A stretch of 64,000 nucleotides of DNA from an uncultured Gemmatimonadales bacterium (GTDB lineage Bacteria > Gemmatimonadota > Gemmatimonadetes > Gemmatimonadales > GWC2-71-9). The notes beneath the pieces were generated by a model, which was given only the letters and a program-made list of their open reading frames with translations, searched no databases and was not told the DNA's origin. Location: positions 160,001 to 224,000 of the forward strand of contig CAVUAK010000002.1 of the NCBI GenBank assembly GCA_963739455.1, given 5' to 3'. Made by a program: the position numbers and the translations under genes. Shown here one piece after another: positions 45,144 through 55,914 of this stretch (within the stretch, counting starts at the first letter, position 1; the number at the start of each line of letters is the position of its first letter).

Positions 45144-46097
45144 TTACTTGGTCTTCGTGCGGGCGGCGACCTTCTCGCCGATCTCAACGATCACCTGCGC
45201 CTGCCGTGCACTCGCCGCGTCGATCATGCGGCCGTCGAGTTGTGCCGCACCCTTGCCCTCCTTGGCCGCCTCGATCGAGCGCCGCCAGGATGCGATGCGC
45301 CCGGTCCACCTCCGCCGGCGGCGGGGAGAACACCTCGTTCGCCAGCGCCACCTGCGACGGATGGATGGCCCACTTCCCCTCGATGCCGAGCGCCGCATCG
45401 CGCTTCGCGGCGAGGACGTAGCCGTCGGGGTCCTTGATGTCGCCGAACGGGTCCGTCGATGGCGCGCAGTCCGTAGGCGCGACAGGCCACGGTCATGCGG
45501 GAGAGGGCGAAGTGCCACTGGTCACCGGGATAGTCGGGATTGAGGCCGCCGATGTTCACGGTGCGCGCGCGGACACTGGCCGCATAGTCGGCCACGCCGA
45601 AATGCATCGCCTCGAGGCGCTTGCTCGACTGCGCAATGGCCTCGACGTTCGCCATGCCGAGCGAGGTCTCGATCAGGACTTCCAGGCCGATGCGATGGGA
45701 AATGCCCTTGGCGATCTCGATCTGCGTCAGCAGCGCATCGGTGAGGTAGACATCCGCGGCGACGCCCACCTTCGGGAATCAGCACCAGGTCCAGCCGGTG
45801 CCCGGCCTGCTCGATGACGTCCACGACGTCGCGATAGAAGTAGTGGGTGTCGATGCCGTTGACCCGCACCATGATCGTCTTGCCCGCCGCCCGCCAGTCG
45901 TGCTCCAGGAGCGACGCAATCACGTTCAGCCGCGCCTGCTCCTTGTCCGCGGGAGCCACGGCGTCCTCGAGATCGAGGAACACCGTGTCCGCGTCACTCT
46001 CCAGCGCCTTGCCGAACATTTGCGGCTGGGAGCCCGGGACCGCCAGTGTGCTGCGCTGCAGGCGGGTCTGGGCTGGCTCGAACCGCGTGAAGCTCAC
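45144..46097 (-). CDS. mcl: Malyl-CoA lyase; frameshifts near 45775, 45450 and 45290-45410
   Basis: MSFT...RLQRS.LAVPGS, DLEDAVAP.DKEQAR, IETSLGMANVEAIA, FGVADYAAS, ACRAYGLR.IDGP, LDGRMID. Confidence 0.9.
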
Positions 46098-47335
46098 GCG
46101 ACCCCCGCCGGCTGCCGTGCCGGCGCCGCCGACTCGGCGGGCCCGGCCACCTTCTTCGCCGGGAGCGGCTTCGACGTCTCCAGCCAGTACTTCTGGGCGG
46201 CGGCGACTCCACTCCCCAGGTCCACCTTGATGCCCACATCGGACATCGCCATCTCGGCGCCACCGATTCCGGCAAGCAGCGTGATCTCGTTCAGGTCGCC
46301 CAGGTGACCGATGCGATACAGCTTGCCGGCCACCTTGTTGAGCCCGGCGCCGAGCGCAAAATTGTACCGGCGGTACGCAACGTCGATCACGTCACCACCG
46401 TTGAACCCGCTCGGCACCATGATGGCGCTCACGGTGTCGGAGTGCCACTTCGGCGCCTTCGCGCACAAGGTGAGGCCCCAGGCCTTCACCGCGCGACGAC
46501 ATCCTTCCGCCAGCCGGTTGTGCCGCGCAAAGACGTTCTCCAGCCCCTCCTCGAACAGCATGTTCAGCGCCTCGCGCAAGCCGTACAGCATCGGGATCGA
46601 CGGCGTGTACGGGAAGTAACCGGTCGCGTTTGCCTTGAGCATGTCCTCATAGCTCCAGTAGCAACGCGGGAGCTTCGCCGTCTTGCCCAGGTCGATGGCA
46701 CGCGGGCTGGCGCACACGATGCCCGCCCCGGCCGGAAGCATGAAACCCTTCTGCGAGCCGGTGACGCAGATGTCGACCTTCCATTCATCCATGCGGAAGT
46801 CGAGGCTCGCGAGCCCCGAGACGCTGTCCACGAACAGGAGCGCCGGGTGCTTCGCGGCATCCATCGCCTTGCGCACCGCGCCGATGTCGCTGGTGACACC
46901 CGTGGCGGTCTCGTTGTGCACCACGCACACCGCCTTGTACTCGTGCTTCGTGTCCTTGCTCAGCAGTTCGTGGATCGTCTCGGGCGGCGCGCCCTCGCCC
47001 CACTCGACGTCCACCGCCGTCACGTCGAGCCCCAGCCGCTGCATCATGTCGATCCAGAGGTGGCTGAACTGCCCGTAGCGGAACGAGAGCACCTTGTCGC
47101 CCGGCGACAGCGTGTTCACCAGCGCCGACTCCCAGCCGCCGGTGCCGGTGCCCGGGAAGACGATGGCCTGGCCCGTTTCCGTCTTGAAGACCTTCTTGAG
47201 GTCGCTGAGGATCGGGCCGGCGAGCGCCGGGAACGACGATGAGCGGTGATCCTCCATCGGCACGTGCATCGCCCGGAGGATCCTGTCGGGGGAATTCGTT
47301 GGCCCCGGCACGAAGAGAAGATTGCGACCCGACAT
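46094..47335 (-). CDS. sgaA: Serine--glyoxylate aminotransferase
   Basis: GRNLLFVPGPTN.PDR, EDHRS, GTGGWE, HNETATGV, TGSQKG (PLP Lys), GYFPYTP, RIGHLGDLNE. Confidence 0.92.
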   Translation of the reverse strand: MSGRNLLFVPGPTNSPDRILRAMHVPMEDHRSSSFPALAGPILSDLKKVFKTETGQAIVFPGTGTGGWESALVNTLSPGDKVLSFRYGQFSHLWIDMMQRLGLDVTAVDVEWGEGAPPETIHELLSKDTKHEYKAVCVVHNETATGVTSDIGAVRKAMDAAKHPALLFVDSVSGLASLDFRMDEWKVDICVTGSQKGFMLPAGAGIVCASPRAIDLGKTAKLPRCYWSYEDMLKANATGYFPYTPSIPMLYGLREALNMLFEEGLENVFARHNRLAEGCRRAVKAWGLTLCAKAPKWHSDTVSAIMVPSGFNGGDVIDVAYRRYNFALGAGLNKVAGKLYRIGHLGDLNEITLLAGIGGAEMAMSDVGIKVDLGSGVAAAQKYWLETSKPLPAKKVAGPAESAAPARQPAGVA

Positions 47336-47419
47336 TGCCAAACCTCACGCGAAGTAGGAAACCTGCTCCGCGGCCTCACCGGGCCCCGGCTCACCCCGAG
47401 CAGCGCGACTGTCCGCTAC

Positions 47420-47428
47420 TGGTATATT
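47420..47428 (+). promoter_or_regulatory. Possible extended -10 promoter (TGnTATATT) for gck in the divergent sga/gck intergenic region
   Basis: TGGTATATT in an AT-enriched patch about 40 nt upstream of the ATG at 47468. Confidence 0.3.
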
Positions 47429-47467
47429 CAACCGCTCAGCGACTCAACACCAGCCTGCAAGAACTTC

Positions 47468-48802
47468 ATGATCGAGAACTTACCCGCCGGCACGCCGGAC
47501 CGCGCGTTGCTGGAGGACCTGTACCATGCCGCCGTGGCGGCCGTCGATCCCGGCCCCGCCGTGGCCGCGGCACTCGAGTCGGGCGGGCACCTGCTCGCCG
47601 CTCGTGGCCACGGGCTCTGGATCCTCGCGCTCGGCAAGGCCGCGATGCCAATGGCCGAGGCGGCAGTGCGCGCGACGCAGCGTGCCGGCCTCGAGATCAG
47701 CGGTGGCCTGGTGGTCGCCCCCGCCGGCGCACCGGCCCCCCATCCTGCCATGCCGCTCGTCGTGGGCGATCACCCCGAGCCAGAGCAAGGCTCGCTCGCC
47801 GCGGCGGCGGCGCTTGGTCAGGTCGCCTCTCGCGTCCGCCCCGGCGACCATGTCTGGGTGCTGCTCTCGGGCGGCACAACGAGCCTCATCGGCGCGCCCG
47901 TCGAGGGCATTACCCCGGGCGACCTTCGCGAGTTGTACCGACTCCTGCTCGGGTCAGGCCTCGACATCAGCGCCATGAACCGGGTCCGGAAGCGCTTCAC
48001 CCGCTGGGGAGGCGGAAAGCTCGCCGCGGCACTCGGTCGGGCCACGGTCCGCCAGTTCATCGTCTCCGATGTCATCGGCGACGACCTGCCATCCATCGGC
48101 TCGGGGCCGTGCGTCCCCGATCCCGCGACTGCCACCGAGGTGCGCCAGGCCCTCGAACACGCCGGCACTCTGGCAACGCCTGCCCGATTCGCTCCGCCAG
48201 CTCGTCACCGACACCGAACATGGCACACGACCGGAAACACCGAAGCCGGATCACCCGGCGTTCGCCTCGGTGGTTACGGAAATTGTGTCGAGTAATCGGC
48301 TGGCGCTGGAAGCGGCGGCCGGGCGTGCGGCAGTGTTGGGCCTCGTCCCCGAGATCGCGCCCGAACCCCTGGCCGGGGAGGCGAACCTGATCGGAACGAG
48401 TGTAGCCGCGACTTTGAGAAATTATTCACAAGCGCACGGAACGCAAGGGACCGCAAGGCGTTGCGTGATTCTTGGGGGTGAGACCACAGTGACGCTGGGG
48501 ACGGGTCACGGATTGGGCGGACGGAGCCAGGAACTGGCCCTGGCGGCGGCGAGGGCACTGGCGGGAACAACGGGGAATTTCGCTGCTCGCGGCCGGCACC
48601 GACGGGCGGGATGGGCCGACCGACGCGGCAGGCGCCATGGTCGACGGGTCCACCTGGTCGAGCGATGACGGCGGCGGGACGAGACCCGGCCGCCGATCTG
48701 GCCCGTCACGATGCCTACCCTGCCCTGAAGGCCGCGGGCGCGCTCTTCCAGCCCGGGCTTACTGGAACGAACGTGATGGACGTCGTGATCGGGCTGGCGT
48801 GA
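47468..48802 (+). CDS. gck: Glycerate 2-kinase (DUF4147 + MOFRL); frameshifts near 48170, 48580 and 48660
   Basis: LGKAA..MA, GDHP.P, LLSGG.TSL, SDVIGDD...IGSGP, GGETTV, GGRSQELAL, GTDGRDGPTDAAGA, TGTNVMD. Confidence 0.9.
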
Positions 48803-48805
48803 CGC

Positions 48806-49689
48806 TCAGCCACCGATCGGACCCTGCTTGACGCTCGGCGCACCCCACCGCTCAGCTGTCGCCGCGGCCTCCCAGGCCCCGGCCCGACGCGGGTCCTCCA
48901 GCGCGGCCGGACATCCGAGAATCCATTCTTGATGCTGCACCGCCAGCGCGTCGTGCAGACCGCGCCAGCCCGGCCTGCTGTCGCGGGTCGAGCGGCGGGC
49001 CGAACATGGTGCGTGCCCGGAAATGCCGGAAACTGCCGCATCGCCGGCACCACCAGGGCGCCAGTCTGTTCGGCCAGCCTGGCCGTTCCGGAGGCAAGCC
49101 ACACCGGCCTGCCGAGGAACGTCGTCTCCGCTGATCCTGGCCAGTCAAACGCCATCACGACGACGGCTCCGCTGGCGAGCAACTCGGTGACGACCGGAAA
49201 ACATCCCATCTGCTGGAATCAGGGGTACACCGGCCCGGGTGAACATCGATCGCCACTGGTGCCATCGCGAGACCCTGCGGCTGGTCCGGCCGGCGGACTG
49301 GGCGAGCCACATGCCGGCGACCTGGTGCACGTTGGCCGCGTGTTCCGCGACCGTGACGGCCACGCCGGGGAACGGCCCGAGATGACAGTAGCTCACGAGC
49401 ACGCCGCGCCCCGCCGCGGAAGCGGCCCGCAGGTGGCTCGACACCATCCACCGGTGTGCCCTGCACCATCGAGGGCCGCCGGATGAACTTCTCCCGGGCG
49501 TACTCGTGCGCGAGATGTGAACGCGCCAGCGCATCGCGGGCTGGTCCGTCGCCGACGATCGCCTCGATGGCGCGCCTGCTTCGCTCGCGCGCCACTGGCT
49601 CGAGCCATCGCAGGCGTCCGCGAACGGACGCGAGAGGCGATTGCCATCCGGTCCAGCAGGTCATGGTACCTGGCAGCGACAGTGCCCAC
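48806..49689 (-). CDS. Lysophospholipid/lipid A acyltransferase-like protein; at least four frameshifts, possibly a pseudogene
   Basis: 'GRGVLVSYCHLGPF', 'VMAFDWPG...FLGRPV....GTARLA..TGALVVP' spread across frames. Confidence 0.55.
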
Positions 49690-49759
49690 CGCACTTCCCT
49701 TCCTCCGCGAAGGTGGTCCAACGCGGTAAGTTTCCCCCGACCGTCAACCCCGGATTCCA

Positions 49760-51447
49760 ATGACTGCGCTTATCGAATGCGTTCCCAACTTCAGCGAGGG
49801 ACGCGACCCCGAAATCATCCGGCAGATCACCGCGGCCATCGAATCGGTCGAGGGCGCGACCCTGCTTCACGTCGACGCGGGCAAGGCCACCAACCGTACC
49901 GTGGTCACGCTCGCCGGCCCGCCCGAGGCGGTCGTCGAGGCGGCCTTTCGCGGGATCGCGAAGGCCACCGAGTTGATCGACATGCGACACCACTCCGGCG
50001 AGCACCCGCGCATGGGCGCGACCGATGTCTGCCCCCTGGTGCCGATCAGCGGCATCTCGATGGAGGAGACGGCCGCGTTCGCGCGCCAGCTCGCCGGGCG
50101 TGTCGGCACCGAGCTCGGCGTCCCGGTCTACCTCTATGAAGCCGCCCAGTCCAACCCGGCGAAGAAGAACCTCGCCACCATCCGCGCCGGCGAGTACGAG
50201 GGACTGGCTGCGAAGCAGGCCGACCCGGCATGGAAGCCCGACTTCGGCCCGACCGCCTTCAACGCGAAGAGCGGCGCCACCGTCATCGGTGCGCGCGACT
50301 TCCTCGTCGCCTACAACGTCAACCTCAACACCACCTCCACCCGGCGCGCCAACGCCATCGCGTTCGACGTGCGCGAGGCGGGGCGTCCTGCGCGCGATGG
50401 CGACCCGCTCACCGGCAAGGCAGCTGACCGACGCTGCGGGACGACCCGTGATGGTGCCGGGCACGCTCAAGGCGGTGAAGGCGATCGGATGGTATATCGC
50501 CGAGTACGGCCTGGCCCAGGTGTCGATGAACCTCACCGACGTCGCCGTCACGCCACTGCACGTGGCGTTCGATGAAGTCTGCCGCGCGGCGGAAGCAAGA
50601 GGCGTGCGAGTGACCGGGTCGGAGCTGGTGGGCCTTGTTCCGCTCCAGACGATGCTCGACGCCGGTCGCCACTTCCTCCGGAAGCAGCAGCGCTCGCTCG
50701 GCGTCTCGGACCAGGAACTGGTCCGGACGGCCATCCGCTCCCTGGGCCTCGATGAACTGGCGACGTTCAACCCCGACGAGCGGATCATCGAGTACCGGTT
50801 GCGCGACCGTTCGGGCGGCCGGCTGGTCAGGATGACGGTGCAGGCCTTCGCCGACGAGACCGCCGCCGAGTCGGCGGCACCGGGTGGCGGCTCAGTGGCC
50901 GCCTTGCTGGGCACGCTGGGCGCCGCCCTCGGCACCATGGTGGCCAACCTGTCGGCACACAAGCGCGGCTGGGACGAACGCTGGGAGGAATTTTCACAGT
51001 GGGCTGAGCGCGGCCAGCGGCTCAAGGACGAGCTGCTCCGGCTGGTCGACGAGGACACCATCGCCTTTGAACGGGTCATGACGGCACTGTCGATGCCCAA
51101 GGCCACACCTGGGGAGAAGGCGACTCGCGCCGCCGCGCTTGCCGCGGCCAATCTCGGCGCGCTCGAGGTGCCATGGCAGGTGATGCGCACGTCGTTCGAG
51201 GCCTTCGACCTCCTGGCCGCGATGGCCGAACGGGGCAACCCCGCGTCGGCGTCCGACGCGGGTGTCGGCGCCATCTGCGCCCGCGCGGCGGTCCGCGGGG
51301 CCTGGCTCAACGTCCGCACCAATGCGGGTGGCGTGAAGGACAAGGTGAAGCTCGAGGAGATCCTGGCGGCAGGCGCTCAGCCTCGAACGAGCGGCGGCCG
51401 AGCGCGAAGCCGCGATCCTGACGATCGTTGAATCGAAGTTCGCCTAG
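49760..51447 (+). CDS. ftcD: Bifunctional glutamate formimidoyltransferase / formiminotetrahydrofolate cyclodeaminase; frameshifts near 50420 and 51380
   Basis: IECVPNFSEGR, GEHPRMGATDVCP, GARDFLVAYN, QVSMNL, APGGGSVAA, GNP.S.SDAGVG. Confidence 0.95.
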
Positions 51448-51496
51448 GCTCGCGGCGGGCGACATTACAGACAACCCATGCAACCGGAAACAGTCG

Positions 51497-51976
51497 ATGA
51501 ACCTCAGCGTGCTCAAGTCGATCGCCATCTGTCTCTGCACCGCCAGCACTGCGCCGCTCGCCGCCCAGTCGGCGCCGGCCTTCATCAACCCGCCCGGTCT
51601 TGCATCACCCGGTGGCTACACCCACCTGGTCGACGTTCCGGCCGGCATGCGGCTTGTCATCATCTCCGGCCAGGTGGCACTCGACAGCGCGGGAAGGGTT
51701 GTCGGGGGAGACAACATGACTGCCCAGGCGACGCAGGTGTTCGAGAACCTCAAGGTGGCCCTCGCCGCGGTTGGTGCCACCTTCAACGACGTGATCAAGC
51801 TCAATACCTACCTCACCAGCATGGCGAAGTCGCAGGCGTTCCGTGAGGTGCGCGACCACTACGTCAACCCGAAGGCGCCGCCCGCCAGCACCACCATCGA
51901 GGTGCGCCGTCTCTTCCGCGACGAGTTTCTCGTCGAGGTGGAAGCCATCGTCGCGGTGCCGGTGAAGTCACCCTGA
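51497..51976 (+). CDS. RidA/YjgF-family protein with N-terminal signal-like peptide
   Basis: GYTH, ISGQVA, QVFENL, FREVR, PASTTIEV..L, VEVEAI. Confidence 0.88.
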   Translation: MNLSVLKSIAICLCTASTAPLAAQSAPAFINPPGLASPGGYTHLVDVPAGMRLVIISGQVALDSAGRVVGGDNMTAQATQVFENLKVALAAVGATFNDVIKLNTYLTSMAKSQAFREVRDHYVNPKAPPASTTIEVRRLFRDEFLVEVEAIVAVPVKSP

Positions 51977-51998
51977 TGCTGCCAGCGCGGAGGCGCCG

Positions 51999-52436
51999 AT
52001 GCTGATCCTCGTCTGTGTTGCCTTCGTCATCGGCATGATGCTGCCCCTCCAGGCGGGGATCAATGCCCAGTTGCGCGGCGGCCTCGGGCATCCGCTGCTG
52101 CCGGCAATCGCCTCGTTCGCCGTCGGGACCGTGGGGCTCCTGCTGGTGGCGGTCGTCGCCCGCATTCGCCTGCCGACCGGGCCCATCTCGGCGATTCCCT
52201 GGTGGCACTGGACCGGCGGCCTGCTCGGCGCCGTCTACATCACGGCCGCAGTGATCCTTGCGCCGCGCCTTGGAGCGGCTGCACTGATGGCAGCCGTCGT
52301 GGCGGGGCAGATGGTGACATCGCTTGTGCTCGATACGCGGGGCTTGGTTGGATTCGCCCAGCAGCCACTCACTGCAGCCCGTTTGTGCGGCGGCGTACTG
52401 GTCATTGCCGGGGTGCTGCTCATCAGCCGACGGTAG
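51999..52436 (+). CDS. DMT family transporter (YdcZ-like)
   Basis: LQAGINAQL, SFAVGT, WW.WTGGLLGA, PRLG, GQ...SL..D. Confidence 0.9.
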   Translation: MLILVCVAFVIGMMLPLQAGINAQLRGGLGHPLLPAIASFAVGTVGLLLVAVVARIRLPTGPISAIPWWHWTGGLLGAVYITAAVILAPRLGAAALMAAVVAGQMVTSLVLDTRGLVGFAQQPLTAARLCGGVLVIAGVLLISRR

Positions 52437-52445
52437 GAAATTGCG

Positions 52446-52826
52446 CTACGGGTGGACCTCGTTCGGTCCCCTGAAGTCTGGGCCAAGGATGACCGTCACG
52501 TCCACGTGCCGGGTCGAATCCCGCACCGTCTTCACCTTCCCCGAGCCAAGCGCCTTGCGCACCCGCTCGCCTGCCTCCGGGTCACCCCGACGAACCAGGA
52601 CCATTGTCGACTCCGCGGCCGGCGCCGTGGCCAGGTAGACCACGTCCAGGCCGGCCTTCCGCAGTTCGCGCGCGCCGACGCGCGCCAGTCCTGAGGTCTC
52701 GGTTCCATTCAGGACTTCAACCAGCACCCGATCCGTGCTTGGCGGCACGGCGAACGCGTGGCCCTCGACCAGTTCGGGCCGATGCTCGAGATAGTAGATC
52801 ACCGCGCCGAGGCCAACGGCCAGCAC
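52446..52826 (-). CDS. LytR C-terminal domain membrane protein (start approximate)
   Basis: TM helix, VEVLNGT..SGLA, DVTVILG.DF. Confidence 0.85.
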   Translation of the reverse strand: MLAVGLGAVIYYLEHRPELVEGHAFAVPPSTDRVLVEVLNGTETSGLARVGARELRKAGLDVVYLATAPAAESTMVLVRRGDPEAGERVRKALGSGKVKTVRDSTRHVDVTVILGPDFRGPNEVHP

Positions 52827-52843
52827 GAGCGCTGCGATGACCT

Positions 52844-53428
52844 TCAGGACGCGGGACGTGATGCGACGAGGCTGTTCCAGAAGCGTACGGTAGGCTCGGG
52901 GAGGGTCCAGCCGGACCTGATGGAGTGCGCGATGCGGGCGCGCGCGACCTCGCGAATGACACCGCTCATGTCAGTGGGCAGGCGGGCAGCGAGTTCGGCC
53001 CGTTCGTCTCGCAGGAACTCGCGGCCCGGCTCGAGATAGTCGGCGCAGTAGAGCACTCGCCCCACCATGTCCCACTCGGCCAAACCCAGCGAGTGATACC
53101 GGACGGCGTCGAGCACCCCGCGATCAATCTCTCCCTCGGCCTTGGCCCGTGCCGCACTCGCCGGTCCGTGCTTCAATTCCACGGGGCCAGGAGTGGACGA
53201 GGCCCACTGGTCGAGATCAGCCTGCGATGCGTCGCGCATGGCGTCGTGCAGCCAGGTGGCCCGCAGCCAGCGGTTACGCTCGCTGTCGTGAATGAGCATG
53301 GCGTCAGCCCACTCCGAGACGAGCTCGGCGACGCGGATGGTGTGATCGAGTCGCTCGGGTGACATCGCGGCCCACATAGGAATGGTGGGCCGGAGTGAAG
53401 GCGGCGTCGGGCGTGCGGGGCGGGACAC
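52844..53428 (-). CDS. HD-domain hydrolase, YqeK-like Ap4A hydrolase
   Basis: R..HT.RV, LHD, HGPASA, AVRYHS.G, ADYLEPGR. Confidence 0.8.
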   Translation of the reverse strand: MSRPARPTPPSLRPTIPMWAAMSPERLDHTIRVAELVSEWADAMLIHDSERNRWLRATWLHDAMRDASQADLDQWASSTPGPVELKHGPASAARAKAEGEIDRGVLDAVRYHSLGLAEWDMVGRVLYCADYLEPGREFLRDERAELAARLPTDMSGVIREVARARIAHSIRSGWTLPEPTVRFWNSLVASRPAS

Positions 53429-53439
53429 CGGTGCCGGGG

Positions 53440-53811
53440 TCAGCCCTGGGCGCGGAGCGGCGGACGGACGATGCGGTTCTTGGCGTCGACGAACACCACG
53501 CGCGGATTGTGACGCTCCGCTTCCTTCGCGTCGAACACGGCGTACGAGATGAGGATGACCAGGTCGCCGGGCATGCCGAGTCGCGCGGCGGCCCCGTTGA
53601 GCTGGATGACGCCCGAGCCGCGGGGCCCGGGGATGACGTACGTCGAGAAGCGCGAGCCGTTGTTCACGTTCACGACCTGGATTTCCTCGTAGGTTACCAG
53701 GTCGGCGGCGTCGAGCAGGTCCTCGTCCACCGTCAGCGACCCCTCATAGTGCAGGTCTGCCGACGTGATCGTGGCCCGGTGAATCTTCGACTTCATGAGA
53801 TGCCGCTGCAT
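53440..53811 (-). CDS. panD: Aspartate 1-decarboxylase
   Basis: [26 protein letters not shown]. Confidence 0.97.
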   Translation of the reverse strand: MQRHLMKSKIHRATITSADLHYEGSLTVDEDLLDAADLVTYEEIQVVNVNNGSRFSTYVIPGPRGSGVIQLNGAAARLGMPGDLVILISYAVFDAKEAERHNPRVVFVDAKNRIVRPPLRAQG

Positions 53812-53812
53812 A

Positions 53813-54664
53813 TCAGAGCCCCTTGCTCAGGATCACGTTGTCGATCAGCCGTGTGGACCCGACCCGGGCGGCGATGAGGACGACGGTGTCATCATCCGCA
53901 GTTGCCACTGGCTCCAGCGTCCGGGGATCCGCCACCGCAATATACTCGACCCTGATCCCCGGATGGACGGCCAGCCCACCCTGCATGACGCGTTCCAGCG
54001 CCGCCGCGCCATGCTCGCCGCTCGCGAATGCCATGGCCGCCGCCCCAAGCGCGCGGCTCAGTCCAAGTGCCTGATCGCGGTCGGCCGCTGAGAGAAATGC
54101 GTTCCGGCTGCTGAGCGCCAGCCCATCGGGCTCCCGGACGGTGGGCATCACCTCGATGGCCAGCGGAAAATCCAGGTCGCGCACCATCTGGCGGATGAGC
54201 GTTGCCTGCTGGAAATCCTTCTGGCCGAACCAGGCCCGCTCCGGCTCCACCAGGTGCAGGAGCTTGGCGACGATGGTCAGCACGCCGGCGAAGTGTCCCG
54301 GGCGGAACTCGCCCTCCCAGCGCGCGGCAGCCTTTCCCGGCACGACGCGGATCTCGGCGCCCGCGGGGTACATCGCCTCGACACTCGGTACGAACAGCGC
54401 ATCGACGCCACGCGCCACCGCCAGCGCCCGGTCGCCCGCCAGGTCCCGCGGATAGCGACTCAGGTCCTCATTCGGGCCGAACTGCGTCGGGTTGACGAAG
54501 ATGCTCATGACCACGGCGTCACTGCCTGCGCGCGCCGCATCCACCAGCGCGAGGTGCCCCTCGTGCAGCGCGCCCATGGTGGGAACGAGGCCAATGCGCC
54601 GGCCGGACGCGCGGGCCTTCGCGACCCACGCCTTGAGCTCGGCAATGGTGGTGAGTTCGATCAT
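53813..54664 (-). CDS. panC: Pantoate--beta-alanine ligase
   Basis: [43 protein letters not shown]. Confidence 0.97.
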   Translation of the reverse strand: MIELTTIAELKAWVAKARASGRRIGLVPTMGALHEGHLALVDAARAGSDAVVMSIFVNPTQFGPNEDLSRYPRDLAGDRALAVARGVDALFVPSVEAMYPAGAEIRVVPGKAAARWEGEFRPGHFAGVLTIVAKLLHLVEPERAWFGQKDFQQATLIRQMVRDLDFPLAIEVMPTVREPDGLALSSRNAFLSAADRDQALGLSRALGAAAMAFASGEHGAAALERVMQGGLAVHPGIRVEYIAVADPRTLEPVATADDDTVVLIAARVGSTRLIDNVILSKGL

Positions 54665-54686
54665 GCGATGGATGGATTCCTGCAGG

Positions 54687-55499
54687 TCACTCGAAGCTGT
54701 GTTCCCTGCCGGGGTACTTTCGCTGCCGCACCTCCGCGCCGAATCCCTCGACTGCTGTCCTGACCGCACTCGAGAGGTCGGCGTACTTTCGCAGGAAGCG
54801 CGGGTTGAAGCGATCGTCGAGGCCGAGCAGGTCGTAGAGGACCAGCACCTGGCCATCACAGCCTGCCCCGGCACCGATGCCAATCGTCGGGATGCCCACC
54901 GCCTTCGTTACGCGCTTCGCCAGCGCCGCCGGCACCAGCTCGAGCACCAGCATGCTCGCGCCCGCCTCCTCCAGCGCCTTCGCATCGAGCACCAGCTTCT
55001 CGGCGGCACGCGCCTCACGCCCCTGCACCTTGTAGCCACCGGACACCTGCACCGACTGTGGCAGCAGGCCGAGATGCCCCACCACCGGGATGCCCCGGTC
55101 GACCAGCGCGCGCACGGTCGGCGCCATCGCTTCCCCGCCCTCGAGCTTCACCGCATTCGCGCCGGTCTCGGCGAGCACGCGCCCGGCATTCCGGATGGCG
55201 TCCTCGATGCTCACCTGGTAGGTGAGGAATGGAAGGTCGACGACTATCGGCATCGTGGGCGCCCCGCGCCGCACGGCCGCGGCGTGATAGAGCATCTGGG
55301 GCAGCGTGGCACTGAGCGTCGTCGCATGTCCTGCCACGACCGTGTTCAGTGAGTCGCCCACCAGCAGGACATCCACGCCCGCGACGTCCAGCAACCGCGC
55401 GAACGTGGCATCGGCGCACGTGACCATCACGATCGGCCGGCCCGCCGCCTTGAGGGCGACCAGGTCGGGGATGCTGCGTGGACGGGCTTCAGCGCTCAT
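54687..55499 (-). CDS. panB: 3-methyl-2-oxobutanoate hydroxymethyltransferase
   Basis: LVGDSL, DLPFLTY, VKLEGG, HLGLLPQS, IGIGAG..CDGQVLV. Confidence 0.97.
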   Translation of the reverse strand: MSAEARPRSIPDLVALKAAGRPIVMVTCADATFARLLDVAGVDVLLVGDSLNTVVAGHATTLSATLPQMLYHAAAVRRGAPTMPIVVDLPFLTYQVSIEDAIRNAGRVLAETGANAVKLEGGEAMAPTVRALVDRGIPVVGHLGLLPQSVQVSGGYKVQGREARAAEKLVLDAKALEEAGASMLVLELVPAALAKRVTKAVGIPTIGIGAGAGCDGQVLVLYDLLGLDDRFNPRFLRKYADLSSAVRTAVEGFGAEVRQRKYPGREHSFE

Positions 55500-55914
55500 G
55501 GCTCTCCAGCTCCGCAATTTCTCGCCGCCAGAACTCGCGCAGGGCGAGCCCGGGATGCGGCAGGACGAGGTCGGGCTCCGCCAGCGACAGGTCATCGTAG
55601 CGGACGATATCGATGTCGAGCGTGCGCGAGCCCCAATGCGCGAGGCGCACCCTGCCGTTGGCTTCCTCGATGGCCTGGCCCGCGTGCATGAGGTCGCGCG
55701 GCGGCATCGTGCTCTCCAGCAGCAGCATCTGGTTCAGGTACGCGGGCTGGTCCATCTCACCGAGCGGCTCCGTCTCCTCGACCGACGAGGCACGAAGTAC
55801 CCGTGTCCCCGGCAGCGCTCCCAGCGCGGCACGCGCCGCGGCAAGATAGCCCTCCCGGTCGCCGAGGTTGCTGCCGAGTGCGATGAAGACGCGCGACGGC
55901 CGCGTCGCGCTCAA
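55489..55914 (-). CDS. folK: 2-amino-4-hydroxy-6-hydroxymethyldihydropteridine diphosphokinase
   Basis: [31 protein letters not shown]. Confidence 0.95.
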   Translation of the reverse strand: MSATRPSRVFIALGSNLGDREGYLAAARAALGALPGTRVLRASSVEETEPLGEMDQPAYLNQMLLLESTMPPRDLMHAGQAIEEANGRVRLAHWGSRTLDIDIVRYDDLSLAEPDLVLPHPGLALREFWRREIAELESHER

